Origin: Chitinophagales bacterium
GTDB lineage: Bacteria > Bacteroidota > Bacteroidia > Chitinophagales > LD1
Length of the DNA stretch: 64,000 nt
NCBI GenBank assembly: GCA_044228435.1
Contig: JBGAUW010000003.1
Coordinates: 215,933-279,932, forward strand
Direction of reading: 5' to 3'
Shown piece after piece: positions 1 to 9,174 of the stretch. The position numbers and the translations under genes were made by a program. The notes beneath the pieces were generated by a model. The model made no database searches. It saw only the letters and a program-made list of their open reading frames with translations, and was not told the origin of the DNA. Position 1 is the stretch's first letter. Every line of letters begins with the position of its first letter.

Positions 1-237
1 TTCTGTCTTTATTGGATTAAAAACTTTCAGTTTTATAGCATGACCTTCGGCAGCAGTAAAGCTGGTGTCGCGAACCGAATAAAAGTTTGGAAACTTATAC
101 CCGCCATACCAGTTCATAAACTTCATAAACAGGTTAGTAACCCAACGGGTTTCGTTCAATGGTTTATTGGTATTTACTCCACCAAGGTTTACGAAGAATA
201 ATAAGCGCTTTAGGCGGGTTGGTAGTGGTGGCTGCAT
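1..237 (-). CDS. hypothetical protein, N-terminal part only (gene runs off the window start)
   Basis: Hand translation of the minus strand from the ATG at 237-235 gives MQPPLPTRLKRLLFFVNLGGVNTNKPLNETRW... with no stop through position 1. It lies 18 nt downstream of the MBL hydrolase gene on the same strand. It is absent from the ORF track because it has no stop in the window. Confidence 0.35.
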   Translation of the reverse strand, partial: MQPPLPTRLKRLLFFVNLGGVNTNKPLNETRWVTNLFMKFMNWYGGYKFPNFYSVRDTSFTAAEGHAIKLKVFNPIKTE

Positions 238-255
238 GGTTTGAAGATAGAAAAA

Positions 256-1254
256 TCAAATCTTAAACAACTCCCCCACATCCAACAACTTCAAATCTCC
301 TTTTATCTTCTTCTTCGCCTCTAACTCTTTTAAGGTTCTGTAGGGCTCGCCCAGTGGTTCATCGGCCAAATCGAAAGTTCCGTAATGCATCGGTATAAAA
401 GTTTTTGCTTTCAGGTCGTGGAAAATCTGCACGGCCTCTTCGGGGTTGGTATGCACATCTTTCATCATTAAAGGCGGATGGTAAGCGCCTACACCAATCA
501 TAGCAATATCAATGTTCGGAAACAACTCAGCAATTTGTTTAGGGTAGCCGCAATAACCCGAATCGCCGTTAAAGAAAATATTAAGCCCATCGGCCTCTAT
601 CATAAAACTGCCATACAGAGTTTTATTAATGTCCGTCATAAACCGGTTGCTCCAATGCTGGGTAGGCAAAAAGGTAATTCTAAGATTATGCACCGGTAAA
701 TCATATTGCTGGTACCAACCCGCCTCCTGAAATTTAAGCCCGCTCACCCAATCTGCCACCAGTTTGCCTGTGTTAAGCGAGGTAAGCAGAGTAGCGTTGG
801 GATTAAGCGCAAAAACTGTTTTTAGCGACGATTTATCACAGTGGTCGCGATGCGCATGCGAAAGCAACACATAATCTATATTAGTAAAATCTTCAGGCGC
901 ACAGGGCAAATCAGAAAAGCGGGGCACAATACCCGATATCCGGCCAAATACAGGGTCAATTAAAAACCGCTTTCCGTTTAGCTGCATAAAAAAACTGGCG
1001 TGACCCAACCACACAATACAGCTACCCTTCTGTTTTAAAAAATCGTTACCCTTTTGCACTTTCAGCCGCCAGGTATCGTTCTTTTTTGCTTCGGCTTTTT
1101 CGTTCTTCATTGCTTTCCATTGCAATACTTTCATAAACGAACCGCTGAAACGCTTGTTAGGGTCTATAAACTTGCCTTTTATTACCGGGTTGCCTTTATA
1201 ACCCTTTAATATGGTTTTAAGTTTTGCATTATTACTGTATGTTATTTCTGCCAT
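256..1254 (-). CDS. MBL-fold metallo-hydrolase
   Basis: 332-aa ORF with the metallo-beta-lactamase HxHxDH motif (LLSHAHRDHCD) and downstream His/Asp ligand-like positions (FNGDSGY, PMHYGTF). Confidence 0.8.
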   Translation of the reverse strand: MAEITYSNNAKLKTILKGYKGNPVIKGKFIDPNKRFSGSFMKVLQWKAMKNEKAEAKKNDTWRLKVQKGNDFLKQKGSCIVWLGHASFFMQLNGKRFLIDPVFGRISGIVPRFSDLPCAPEDFTNIDYVLLSHAHRDHCDKSSLKTVFALNPNATLLTSLNTGKLVADWVSGLKFQEAGWYQQYDLPVHNLRITFLPTQHWSNRFMTDINKTLYGSFMIEADGLNIFFNGDSGYCGYPKQIAELFPNIDIAMIGVGAYHPPLMMKDVHTNPEEAVQIFHDLKAKTFIPMHYGTFDLADEPLGEPYRTLKELEAKKKIKGDLKLLDVGELFKI

Positions 1255-1294
1255 GCTTAGTATTACGTTTTAAACGATTGAATATTTTTACAAC

Positions 1295-2431
1295 ATGCCC
1301 CGCCAATTAATTACCATCCTGCTAACCTTACTGGTTTTGCCCGCTTTTGCTCAAACTGTAAAATACGACGACTGGCAAAACCTGACCACCTCGGGCAAAC
1401 TGCCGGCGCAATGCAAAATACAGCACAGCAATAATAACCTCGATCTGGTTAAGTATCACAATACTTTTTACCTGGCCTTTCGCACGGCCCCTAATCACTT
1501 TGCTTCTAAAAAGGCAGTATTATACGTAGTAAGCTCTACCGATTTAGAAAACTGGACCTACGAAACAGAATTTGCACTGGGCTACGATTTACGCGAACCG
1601 CGCTTTGCTGTTTACCACGATACGCTGAACCTGTATTTCTTTCAGGGGGGTAAACGCACCTTTCGTTTTGAACCCGAATTTATTTTTCTTACCCGAACAA
1701 CCGGAAACAAAAAATGGACTTCGCATCAATCGGTTAACCTGGATGGCTTTGTGCCCTGGCGTTTACGCGAACGCAGCGACACCCTATACCTTTCGGCTTA
1801 CTACGGCAAAGAACTTTACAAAGGCAACCACCACAGTAATTTGCGCCTGATGTATAGCACCGATGCCTTACATTGGAACAATATATCTACCGAACCACAG
1901 GTGGATATACTAAATGCCGAAGAGGGGGAATTTATTTTTGATAAAAAGGGCAACCTGTTTTCTACTGTGCGACTGGAAGGCACCGGTGCACTGGTTTGCA
2001 GGGCCGATAAAAACAATTTAGCCACCTGGCAGAAAAAGCGCACCAAAACCAAATACGACAGCGCGCTTTTATTTGATTACAAAAATGAGGTGTACCTGGT
2101 AAGCCGCCGCAATATAGATGGTGATATGGATAAGGTAAAAAATCGTAAAAATGATAAGCAGGGCCGTGTAAGAAACCTTATTCGTTACTCTATCACCCGT
2201 AAGGTTACATCGCTGTTTAAGTTTAATAAAGATAGCCTGAGCCTTTCGCTGGTTACCGATTTCCCCAGCACTGGGGATAATGCTTATGCAGGCATTGCGC
2301 AAATGGATGATAACACCTTTGTGCTGATGAACTATAGCAGCGATATAACCCGCCGCAAGAAAAACTGGATTAGAGGGCAATTAGGCAAGACGTATATCTA
2401 TTGGACGAAGTTGAAATTTAACCAAGACTAA
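1295..2431 (+). CDS. secreted hypothetical protein
   Basis: 378-aa ORF with an N-terminal signal peptide (LLTLLVLPAFAQ). I recognise no catalytic motif. Confidence 0.55.
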   Translation: MPRQLITILLTLLVLPAFAQTVKYDDWQNLTTSGKLPAQCKIQHSNNNLDLVKYHNTFYLAFRTAPNHFASKKAVLYVVSSTDLENWTYETEFALGYDLREPRFAVYHDTLNLYFFQGGKRTFRFEPEFIFLTRTTGNKKWTSHQSVNLDGFVPWRLRERSDTLYLSAYYGKELYKGNHHSNLRLMYSTDALHWNNISTEPQVDILNAEEGEFIFDKKGNLFSTVRLEGTGALVCRADKNNLATWQKKRTKTKYDSALLFDYKNEVYLVSRRNIDGDMDKVKNRKNDKQGRVRNLIRYSITRKVTSLFKFNKDSLSLSLVTDFPSTGDNAYAGIAQMDDNTFVLMNYSSDITRRKKNWIRGQLGKTYIYWTKLKFNQD

Positions 2432-3681
2432 AACTCCATCTCAGCCTTCTTTTTTATTGCGCGCTCTTTATACGAGCCGCCGCCATTAGCCAGGTCGTCT
2501 AACAATTTCTTAGCTTCATCTTTCTTCCCCTTCTTTAATAATATATTGGCCTTATACCATTTACTGCCTTCGCTAAACTTGGTGCCCTCTTTAAGCAGCT
2601 TATCAAAGTTCTTTTCGCTGCGTTTGGTATTGCCATTTATATAATCGCTAATGCCTCCAAAATACAAGGCATCGGCATTGTTAGGTTGTTGTTTCAATAT
2701 CTCGCTAAATTGCTCGCCCGATTTTTTGTAATCGCCCATGTTAAAACTCTTGGTAGCATCGTCAATCGTAATTACTACCACTTTTTCAGCAGGTACTTTT
2801 TCTTCAATGGCCCCATGCTGCTCAATGTTGTATGTATTACCCTGCTGCGATATAGTATAACCCGAAGGGTTGCCATCGTTGTAAGGCAAAATTTTAGGAT
2901 CTTTTTTAGCGGCCTTATTTTTTTCAGCGCGTTTTAACTCTGCAGCAGATAGGCTATCGGCATACACTCTTCCACCACCTGCACCACTAGCTTTAGCAGC
3001 AGATTTACTCATTATAACTTCCTCATTTGCTACTCCGCTATTCACGGCAGTCGCAGCCGCGCCACGAGGTGCTACCACAGGTGCACTTGCGGGTGCCGCA
3101 GCAGCCACCCGGTCATCTCTATCCGCTTCTGCCTTTCTTCTCTGCTCATCGGCCAATTGTGCAGGTGCTTTCGTTTCTAAGGCCGGCGGTTGCACTGCAG
3201 TGGTGGTTGCTGCCGTATTGCCAGTTTCATTGGTAACAAGTGTGCTATCAGTAACTACCGGTTCCGTAGCGGTTGCAGGTGCTTGTTCCTGCTTTTGTTC
3301 CAGCAGGTTTACACTCTCCTCTTTAGCCGCTTGGTTCATCGCAATTTCGTGGCCCGGCTTTGCTATATAGTTAACCATTACAAAGCCTATACCTATCAGT
3401 AAGCCAAACACCACAGCCGCCCACGCATAGGCTGTCCAGTGCATTTTTATGCCCTTCGCTTCGCGTATTCCCGCTTTTTCGCGCACCTTCTTATTAATAT
3501 TCAATACTGCCGTGGCCGTGCTGGCTTTACCGGCTTGCTGCAATCCTTCCAGGGCATCTTGCGCAAATGGGTCAGCCTGCAATAGCTTTTCCATCTCCTG
3601 CTTTTGTTCGGCAGTAAGTTCGTTGTTGGCATAAGCCAGCAACGCCTCTTCAAGTATTATCCCATTCTCAGATAACTTCAT
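2428..3681 (-). CDS. anti-sigma-factor-like membrane protein with C-terminal TPR-like region
   Basis: Overlaps the upstream ECF sigma gene by 14 nt. Has a short N-terminal cytoplasmic segment and a single TM helix (WAAVVFGLLIGIGFVMVNYI). An Ala/Pro/Thr-rich linker follows, then a helical repeat-like C-terminus (NADALYFGG..., KWYKANILLKKGKKDEAKKLL). Confidence 0.6.
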   Translation of the reverse strand: MKLSENGIILEEALLAYANNELTAEQKQEMEKLLQADPFAQDALEGLQQAGKASTATAVLNINKKVREKAGIREAKGIKMHWTAYAWAAVVFGLLIGIGFVMVNYIAKPGHEIAMNQAAKEESVNLLEQKQEQAPATATEPVVTDSTLVTNETGNTAATTTAVQPPALETKAPAQLADEQRRKAEADRDDRVAAAAPASAPVVAPRGAAATAVNSGVANEEVIMSKSAAKASGAGGGRVYADSLSAAELKRAEKNKAAKKDPKILPYNDGNPSGYTISQQGNTYNIEQHGAIEEKVPAEKVVVITIDDATKSFNMGDYKKSGEQFSEILKQQPNNADALYFGGISDYINGNTKRSEKNFDKLLKEGTKFSEGSKWYKANILLKKGKKDEAKKLLDDLANGGGSYKERAIKKKAEMEF

Positions 3682-4360
3682 TTTTTCCGTCCCTGTGCGA
3701 CTCGTTGTTTTTAGCCGTTATAAAATTCTTCAAATTCCTTTTCCCGTTCTGTATGTAGCTTTTTACCTCGTTTAAACTAAACCCCGTTAGGCTCGCAATT
3801 TCAGTATAGCTGCATTCTTTCAAATAAAAAAGCTCAATACACGTTCTCTGTTCATCTTTCAATTCGTCAATACCTTCTTTAAGGTGTTGAAGCACGAATG
3901 TTTTGTCCTCTGCTTCCTTCTTCTTCTCTTCCTCTGTTAGATGATCGGCCTGCTCATTTTCCATAACGCTGCCCAGCTCAAACTTCAGTTTTGCATTTTT
4001 TTTACCAATTGTTGTCTCTTTTCTAAAAAGCATCATACAATGGTTTTTAACAACCATGTGCAGCCAGGGCTTAAATGCCGTTACGTGGTGCTTTTTTAAA
4101 TCTTGTATCAGCTTTTCAAAAACCTGCATAGTTAGGTCTTCGGCCTCTGCTTCATTTTTCAGGTATTTCATGCAAACACCAAACACAAGGTGGGTATACC
4201 GTTGGTACAATTCTCCTATATAAACGGTCTCGTGCGAGTTGCGGTAACGATGAACTAATTCCTCGTCGGTTAAATCTTTATGTGATTCGTTTTTCAGCAG
4301 CAGGTGTTTTGCTTTACTAAGGTAATAATAACCGGTGGAATAATAGCATGTTTTTAACAA
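3668..4360 (-). CDS. RNA polymerase ECF-type sigma-70 factor
   Basis: Region-2-like (ELYQRYTHLVFGVCMKYL...AEDLTMQVFEKL) and region-4 HTH-like (EQRTCIELFYLKECSYTEIASLTGFSLNEVKSYIQNGKRNL) segments. The track start is a TTG and there is no in-frame ATG near the 5' end, so the start is uncertain. Confidence 0.8.
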   Translation of the reverse strand: MLKTCYYSTGYYYLSKAKHLLLKNESHKDLTDEELVHRYRNSHETVYIGELYQRYTHLVFGVCMKYLKNEAEAEDLTMQVFEKLIQDLKKHHVTAFKPWLHMVVKNHCMMLFRKETTIGKKNAKLKFELGSVMENEQADHLTEEEKKKEAEDKTFVLQHLKEGIDELKDEQRTCIELFYLKECSYTEIASLTGFSLNEVKSYIQNGKRNLKNFITAKNNESHRDGKNEVI

Positions 4361-4495
4361 GCCTAAACAGGTAGTATAACAAATAGGGCAGGTCTGTTTT
4401 TATGCTTTAAAACACATTAAATAGGACTCCTATCTGCTTTTCGCTTTAAAACTTAGCTCTATCTTAGCCGCCTATTTTAGGATAAAAACCTAACC

Positions 4496-6055
4496 ATGCC
4501 CATTACTATCGAACTTAAACTTACGCCCGAACAGGCGGCGTCCAATACCGAAATACAAAAACAGGCAGCCATAGCTGCTCAAATCCCTATAGCTGATATA
4601 AGCCATGTAGAGCCCGTTCGTAAATCGTTAGATGCCCGCAAGCCGCAAATAATAGTATTACTTAAGGTGGCTATTTACTTAAAAGATGAAGTGTTTACGC
4701 CCGAGCTACGGGTATTTGAGTTTAAGCCCGTAAGCAATGCTCACACCTGCCATATAATAGGCATGGGCCCGGCCGGTATGTACGCTGCTTTGCAGTTGCT
4801 GGAGCGGGGTATAAAACCCATAATTTTAGAGCGCGGCAAACCTGCCCGTGAACGCGTGGGCGACCTGGCCGATATACACCGCAAGCTGGCCGTAAACCCC
4901 GAAAGCAATTATTGCTTTGGCGAAGGTGGTGCGGGTACTTACAGCGATGGTAAATTATATACCCGCAGCAGTAAGCGGGGCGATATAAAAAAGGTGCTGG
5001 ATGTATTTATACAACACGGTGCCGATGAAAAGATTGGCTACGAGGCGCACCCGCACATAGGCACCAATAAGCTGCCCCGTATTATTGAAAATATACGGCA
5101 AACCATTTTAGATAATGGCGGCGAGGTACACTTCAATACAAAGGTGGTAGACTTTAAAGTAACCGGCAACCAAATAACCCAACTTATTTGCGCCGGTGGC
5201 GATAAGCTGGATTGCCAAAACGTAATACTTGCCACCGGTCACTCCGCGCGCGATATTTTTGAACTGCTACACCATAAAAACATTTTGATAGAAGCCAAGC
5301 CATTCGCACTGGGTGTGCGCATAGAGCACCCACAGGCTTTAATAGATAGCATACAATACAAGCGCGAAGAGCGTGGCGATTTTTTGCCTCCTTCATCGTA
5401 TAGCTTAGTTACCCAGGCTTGCAACCACGGCGTATTCTCGTTTTGCATGTGCCCCGGTGGGGTTATAGCACCGGCCTCTACCGATGCTAACGAAACCGTT
5501 GTAAACGGCTGGAGCAGCAGTAAACGCAACGGGCCTTTTGCCAATAGCGGTGTGGTAGTTACTGTAGAAGCCGAAAACTGGAAACACCTGGCCAAACATG
5601 GTACACTGGCAGCGCTCGAGTTTCAAAAACAGGTAGAACATACCGCCTTTAACGCCACCGGCAGCATACAGGCACCGGCCCAGCGTATGGAAGATTTTAT
5701 ACAAAATAAAATGTCGGCCACACTGCCGCGCACTTCGTATTTACCCGGACTTATTCCGGTGGAGTTAAAACAAGTGCTGCCCTCTTTTATTACTAAAAGC
5801 CTGCGCGAAGCCTTAATTGATTTTGGCAAAAAAATGCCTCCGCGTTTGGGCGGCAGTGGTTACCGCACTAACGAGGCCGTATTGGTGGGTGTAGAAAGCC
5901 GCACCAGCAGCCCCGTGCGCATACCCCGTAGCAAAGAGACTTTCCGCCACCCGCAAATAGAAAACCTGTTCCCCTGTGGCGAAGGAGCAGGCTACGCCGG
6001 CGGCATTGTAAGCGCCGCTATGGATGGTATGGCCTGTGCAAATGCGGTCTCGTAG
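4496..6055 (+). CDS. FAD-dependent oxidoreductase (uncharacterised NAD(FAD)-utilising dehydrogenase type)
   Basis: 519-aa ORF with a dinucleotide-binding GxGxxG (IIGMGPAGMYAALQL) followed by ILERG. A C-terminal GEGAGYAGGI motif is typical of this family. Confidence 0.8.
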   Translation: MPITIELKLTPEQAASNTEIQKQAAIAAQIPIADISHVEPVRKSLDARKPQIIVLLKVAIYLKDEVFTPELRVFEFKPVSNAHTCHIIGMGPAGMYAALQLLERGIKPIILERGKPARERVGDLADIHRKLAVNPESNYCFGEGGAGTYSDGKLYTRSSKRGDIKKVLDVFIQHGADEKIGYEAHPHIGTNKLPRIIENIRQTILDNGGEVHFNTKVVDFKVTGNQITQLICAGGDKLDCQNVILATGHSARDIFELLHHKNILIEAKPFALGVRIEHPQALIDSIQYKREERGDFLPPSSYSLVTQACNHGVFSFCMCPGGVIAPASTDANETVVNGWSSSKRNGPFANSGVVVTVEAENWKHLAKHGTLAALEFQKQVEHTAFNATGSIQAPAQRMEDFIQNKMSATLPRTSYLPGLIPVELKQVLPSFITKSLREALIDFGKKMPPRLGGSGYRTNEAVLVGVESRTSSPVRIPRSKETFRHPQIENLFPCGEGAGYAGGIVSAAMDGMACANAVS

Positions 6056-6114
6056 GGGCACCCCTTGCGGGTGCCCGGCTATACAGGGCATCTCGCCGCA
6101 AGGGGTGCCCCTAC
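6052..6114. repeat. GC-rich perfect 19-bp inverted repeat (REP-like palindromic element / possible terminator)
   Basis: GTAGGGGCACCCCTTGCGG (6052-6070) and its exact reverse complement CCGCAAGGGGTGCCCCTAC (6096-6114) are separated by 25 nt. The left arm contains the TAG stop of the upstream CDS. Confidence 0.6.
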
Positions 6115-6244
6115 CAATACACTCCACACCCCTTTGTGAATAGCTTCGCGGGTAATAGTTTCACACCCCCACAATCATTTCGGTATTTAGCTACTGTATT
6201 TTGTATTCACCATTTACTATTCACTCTATATCTAACTATTCACC

Positions 6245-7552
6245 ATGTCTAACTCATTCGAAGTAATCGGCGGAAAAAAATTAAAGGGCGAAATAACCCC
6301 GCAGGGAGCGAAAAACGAAGCCTTACAAATACTATGTGCCGTACTGCTAACGCCCGAAAAAGTAACCATCAGTAACATACCGGCTATAGTGGATGTATTA
6401 GCCCTGATTGATATTTTGAAAGACCTTGGCGTGAAGGTAGAGAAACTGGCCGAAGATACTTACACCTTCCAGGCCGATAACGTAAACCTCGATTACTTAA
6501 AGACTGATACCTATAAAAAGAAAGGCGCTTCGCTGCGGGGCAGCATTATGATAATGGGCCCTTTGCTAACCCGTTTTAAAAAGGCTTATCTGCCTAAACC
6601 CGGTGGCGATAAAATTGGAAGAAGAAGATTAGACACCCACTTTTTAGGCTTCGAAAAATTAGGCGCCAAATTTAACTACGATAGCAACGAAACCTTTTAT
6701 AGCGTAGAAGCCAGCAACCTGCACGGCACTTATATTCTTTTAGATGAACCATCGGTTACCGGTACGGCTAATATTATTATGACGGCCGTAATGGCTAAAG
6801 GCAAAACCACCATTTTTAATGCCGCCTGCGAGCCATACCTGCAACAACTGGCCGAAATGCTTAACCGCATGGGTGCAAAAATTACCGGTGTAGGCAGCAA
6901 CTTGCTATACATAGAAGGAGTAGAATATTTAGGTGGCACCGAGCATCGCATGCTGCCCGACATGATTGAGATAGGCAGCTTTATTGGCCTTGCGGCTATG
7001 ACACAGAGCGAAATAACGATTAAGAATTGCCGCATTGATATGCTGGGCAACATATTGCCGGTGTTTGAAAAGCTGGGTATAGAAATGGAATACCGCGGCG
7101 ATGATATACATATACCGGCGCGCGACAATTTTAAAATACAGCGCTTTATTGATGGCAGCATATTAACCGTTGCCGACGGACCCTGGCCTTTATTTACACC
7201 CGATTTGATATCTATAGTATTAGTTACCGCCACCCAGGCACAAGGCACCGTGCTTATCCATCAAAAAATGTTTGAGAGCCGCCTGTTCTTTGTCGATAAA
7301 TTGATAGACATGGGCGCACAAATTATCCTCTGCGACCCGCACCGCGCCACCGTAGTAGGTATTAACCGCGCTTATAAGTTACGTGGTATTACCATGAGCA
7401 GCCCCGATATACGCGCCGGCGTGGCACTACTTATTGCCGCCCTAAGCGCCGAAGGTAAATCTATCATCAACAACAGCGAACAGATAGACCGCGGCTACCA
7501 GCGTATAGATGAGCGCTTGAATGCATTGGGTGCGCAGATAAAGAGGGTGTAA
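6245..7552 (+). CDS. murA: UDP-N-acetylglucosamine 1-carboxyvinyltransferase
   Basis: 435-aa ORF with typical MurA features: N-terminus (F.V.GG..L.GE....GAKNEAL), a KPGGDKIGRRRLD loop and the C-terminus IDRGY..IDERL..LGA.I.R. Confidence 0.95.
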   Translation: MSNSFEVIGGKKLKGEITPQGAKNEALQILCAVLLTPEKVTISNIPAIVDVLALIDILKDLGVKVEKLAEDTYTFQADNVNLDYLKTDTYKKKGASLRGSIMIMGPLLTRFKKAYLPKPGGDKIGRRRLDTHFLGFEKLGAKFNYDSNETFYSVEASNLHGTYILLDEPSVTGTANIIMTAVMAKGKTTIFNAACEPYLQQLAEMLNRMGAKITGVGSNLLYIEGVEYLGGTEHRMLPDMIEIGSFIGLAAMTQSEITIKNCRIDMLGNILPVFEKLGIEMEYRGDDIHIPARDNFKIQRFIDGSILTVADGPWPLFTPDLISIVLVTATQAQGTVLIHQKMFESRLFFVDKLIDMGAQIILCDPHRATVVGINRAYKLRGITMSSPDIRAGVALLIAALSAEGKSIINNSEQIDRGYQRIDERLNALGAQIKRV

Positions 7553-7701
7553 CCCTTCAGAAATTCTAAATGAGAAATCTTAAATATTAAACGTAAAGTG
7601 TAGTTGACAATAACTGCATTCATCACGAGTGATGACACGTTTATAGAATAAATAGTGATGTGTAGTTCGATGCTGAAGGCATCGCACAATCAACTTACTT
7701 C

Positions 7702-8403
7702 TCAACGCTTCCTTTGCACATACCTATAATAAACAGCCTGTGCTATTCTCTCTTCCAGTGTAGCTATCGAAAGACGCTTTGCATTCACATTATTTACCGG
7801 AAGAACAGAGCTTACTAAAATTGAAACATTAGGGTTATAGCTAAAAATCCCAGATGCACGCCAAGGCAACATTATCGGATGCTGACTAAGTGTTGAAACT
7901 GTAATTGTATCATTGTTAGAGTAAATAAAGTTCACGCTTAATGCAGGATAATCATCCGTCCAATGATATCCATACAAATCATTTATAGCTTCTGCAACTT
8001 TTATAGAATCTTGTAACTGAAGCATAAGCAGTCCTTGCTCTTTTATACTGAGTGAGTTAAACGATCTATACTTCTTTGCTATATCCGGTGCCTTATACGA
8101 AAGCATACTACTGCTATAGCCAAAAGAACTTAATGTCAGATCGTAGTAACCAGTATCATTCAACGCTTCAATTAAACTATCGATAGTTGTCTGCTGTACT
8201 ATTCTCAATAGCTTACCGGTTGTATCCTTTAACTGGTAACCCTTGCTAATATCTATTTCATAATGCTTTTCGGCGGGTGTTCCAAAACCATACCAACAAT
8301 CGCTTATTATTATTTTAACAAGGCCGGCCTTTCCGATGGGTTGTGCGTACAACTGAAGCGACCACATAAATACGCAAAGCGATATTGCCAATCTGTATTT
8401 CAT
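7702..8403 (-). CDS. secreted hypothetical protein (low-GC orphan)
   Basis: 233-aa ORF with a signal peptide (ISLCVFMWSLQLYAQ). No recognisable domain. Local GC is clearly lower than in neighbours. Confidence 0.5.
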   Translation of the reverse strand: MKYRLAISLCVFMWSLQLYAQPIGKAGLVKIIISDCWYGFGTPAEKHYEIDISKGYQLKDTTGKLLRIVQQTTIDSLIEALNDTGYYDLTLSSFGYSSSMLSYKAPDIAKKYRSFNSLSIKEQGLLMLQLQDSIKVAEAINDLYGYHWTDDYPALSVNFIYSNNDTITVSTLSQHPIMLPWRASGIFSYNPNVSILVSSVLPVNNVNAKRLSIATLEERIAQAVYYRYVQRKR

Positions 8404-8465
8404 TCAGTTTATTAAACGGCTATTACTGAAAAAATTCTTTGCCGATGCTTTAGGCTTATTCCTTG

Positions 8466-9041
8466 TCACACCCTCACCACACCCCTAAACCCCCTGGCTG
8501 CATAATACGACTCCGCGCCATTGTGATAAGTAAACACCGTATTATACCGGCGGTCGCAGAAGATCGCGCCTTTTAGTTTGCGGATGGCAGCCGGTGTTTT
8601 TACCCAGCTGCTGGTTTTGGTATCAAAGTCTCCCAGGGTTTGTAGTTCGCGGTATTGTTCTTCGGTCAATATATCAATGCCCATATCTTCAGCCATACCC
8701 ACGGCGCTGTCTTTGGGTTTGTGTTCTTTGCGCGATTCTAATGCTTCGTGGTCGTAGCAAATGCTGCGGCGGCCTGCCGGGCTTTCGGGTGAGCAATCGT
8801 AAAAAGTATATTCACCGGTCTTTTTATCGTAAGCCACTACATCCGGTTCGCCAACGGTGCGCTCCATTTCATTCAGGCTCCATAATTTATCAGCATTGGC
8901 TTCCAGCTTCGCCTGCACATCATCCCACTTAATGCCTTTGTGGCGGTTGGTGTTTTTCTCAAAACGCTTTTTTAATATGCCGAGTAGTGCTTCGCTTTCT
9001 TTGGCAGGTAGTTTCTTTTTTGCGCTGTTATTCTTGCCCAT
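8466..9041 (-). CDS. DUF4256-like protein
   Basis: 191-aa ORF. The overall pattern (LL..LKKRFE.N..RH.GI.W..V...L, ...YDCS.ESP.GRRS.CYD) matches my recollection of DUF4256. This is not verified by search. Confidence 0.6.
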   Translation of the reverse strand: MGKNNSAKKKLPAKESEALLGILKKRFEKNTNRHKGIKWDDVQAKLEANADKLWSLNEMERTVGEPDVVAYDKKTGEYTFYDCSPESPAGRRSICYDHEALESRKEHKPKDSAVGMAEDMGIDILTEEQYRELQTLGDFDTKTSSWVKTPAAIRKLKGAIFCDRRYNTVFTYHNGAESYYAARGFRGVVRV

Positions 9042-9174
9042 GCCTTATGCTATTGGTGTTGCGTATGGTTTTGTTGCTATAAGTAAAAATAACCGGTTCC
9101 GGCCATACACACAAACTCATAAGCAACCTGCACACAGTTTAGCAGAAATACTTCATGGCGCTTTTAAGTGACTG

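Noticed and set aside
5813-6127. 104-aa minus-strand ORF spanning the 3' end of the FAD oxidoreductase gene and the GC-rich palindrome
   Set aside because: It reads through the REP-like inverted repeat (..GRGTPCGE..HPQGVPLR..). It is an artefact of the palindrome and of antisense coding sequence.
6204-6244. Three TATTCAC words (6204, 6218, 6238) directly upstream of the murA start
   Set aside because: The words are short and AT-rich with irregular spacing (14 and 20 nt). They are most simply explained by low-complexity promoter/leader sequence, and there is no supporting palindrome.
6730-7248. 172-aa minus-strand ORF inside murA
   Set aside because: It is a shadow ORF antisense to murA.
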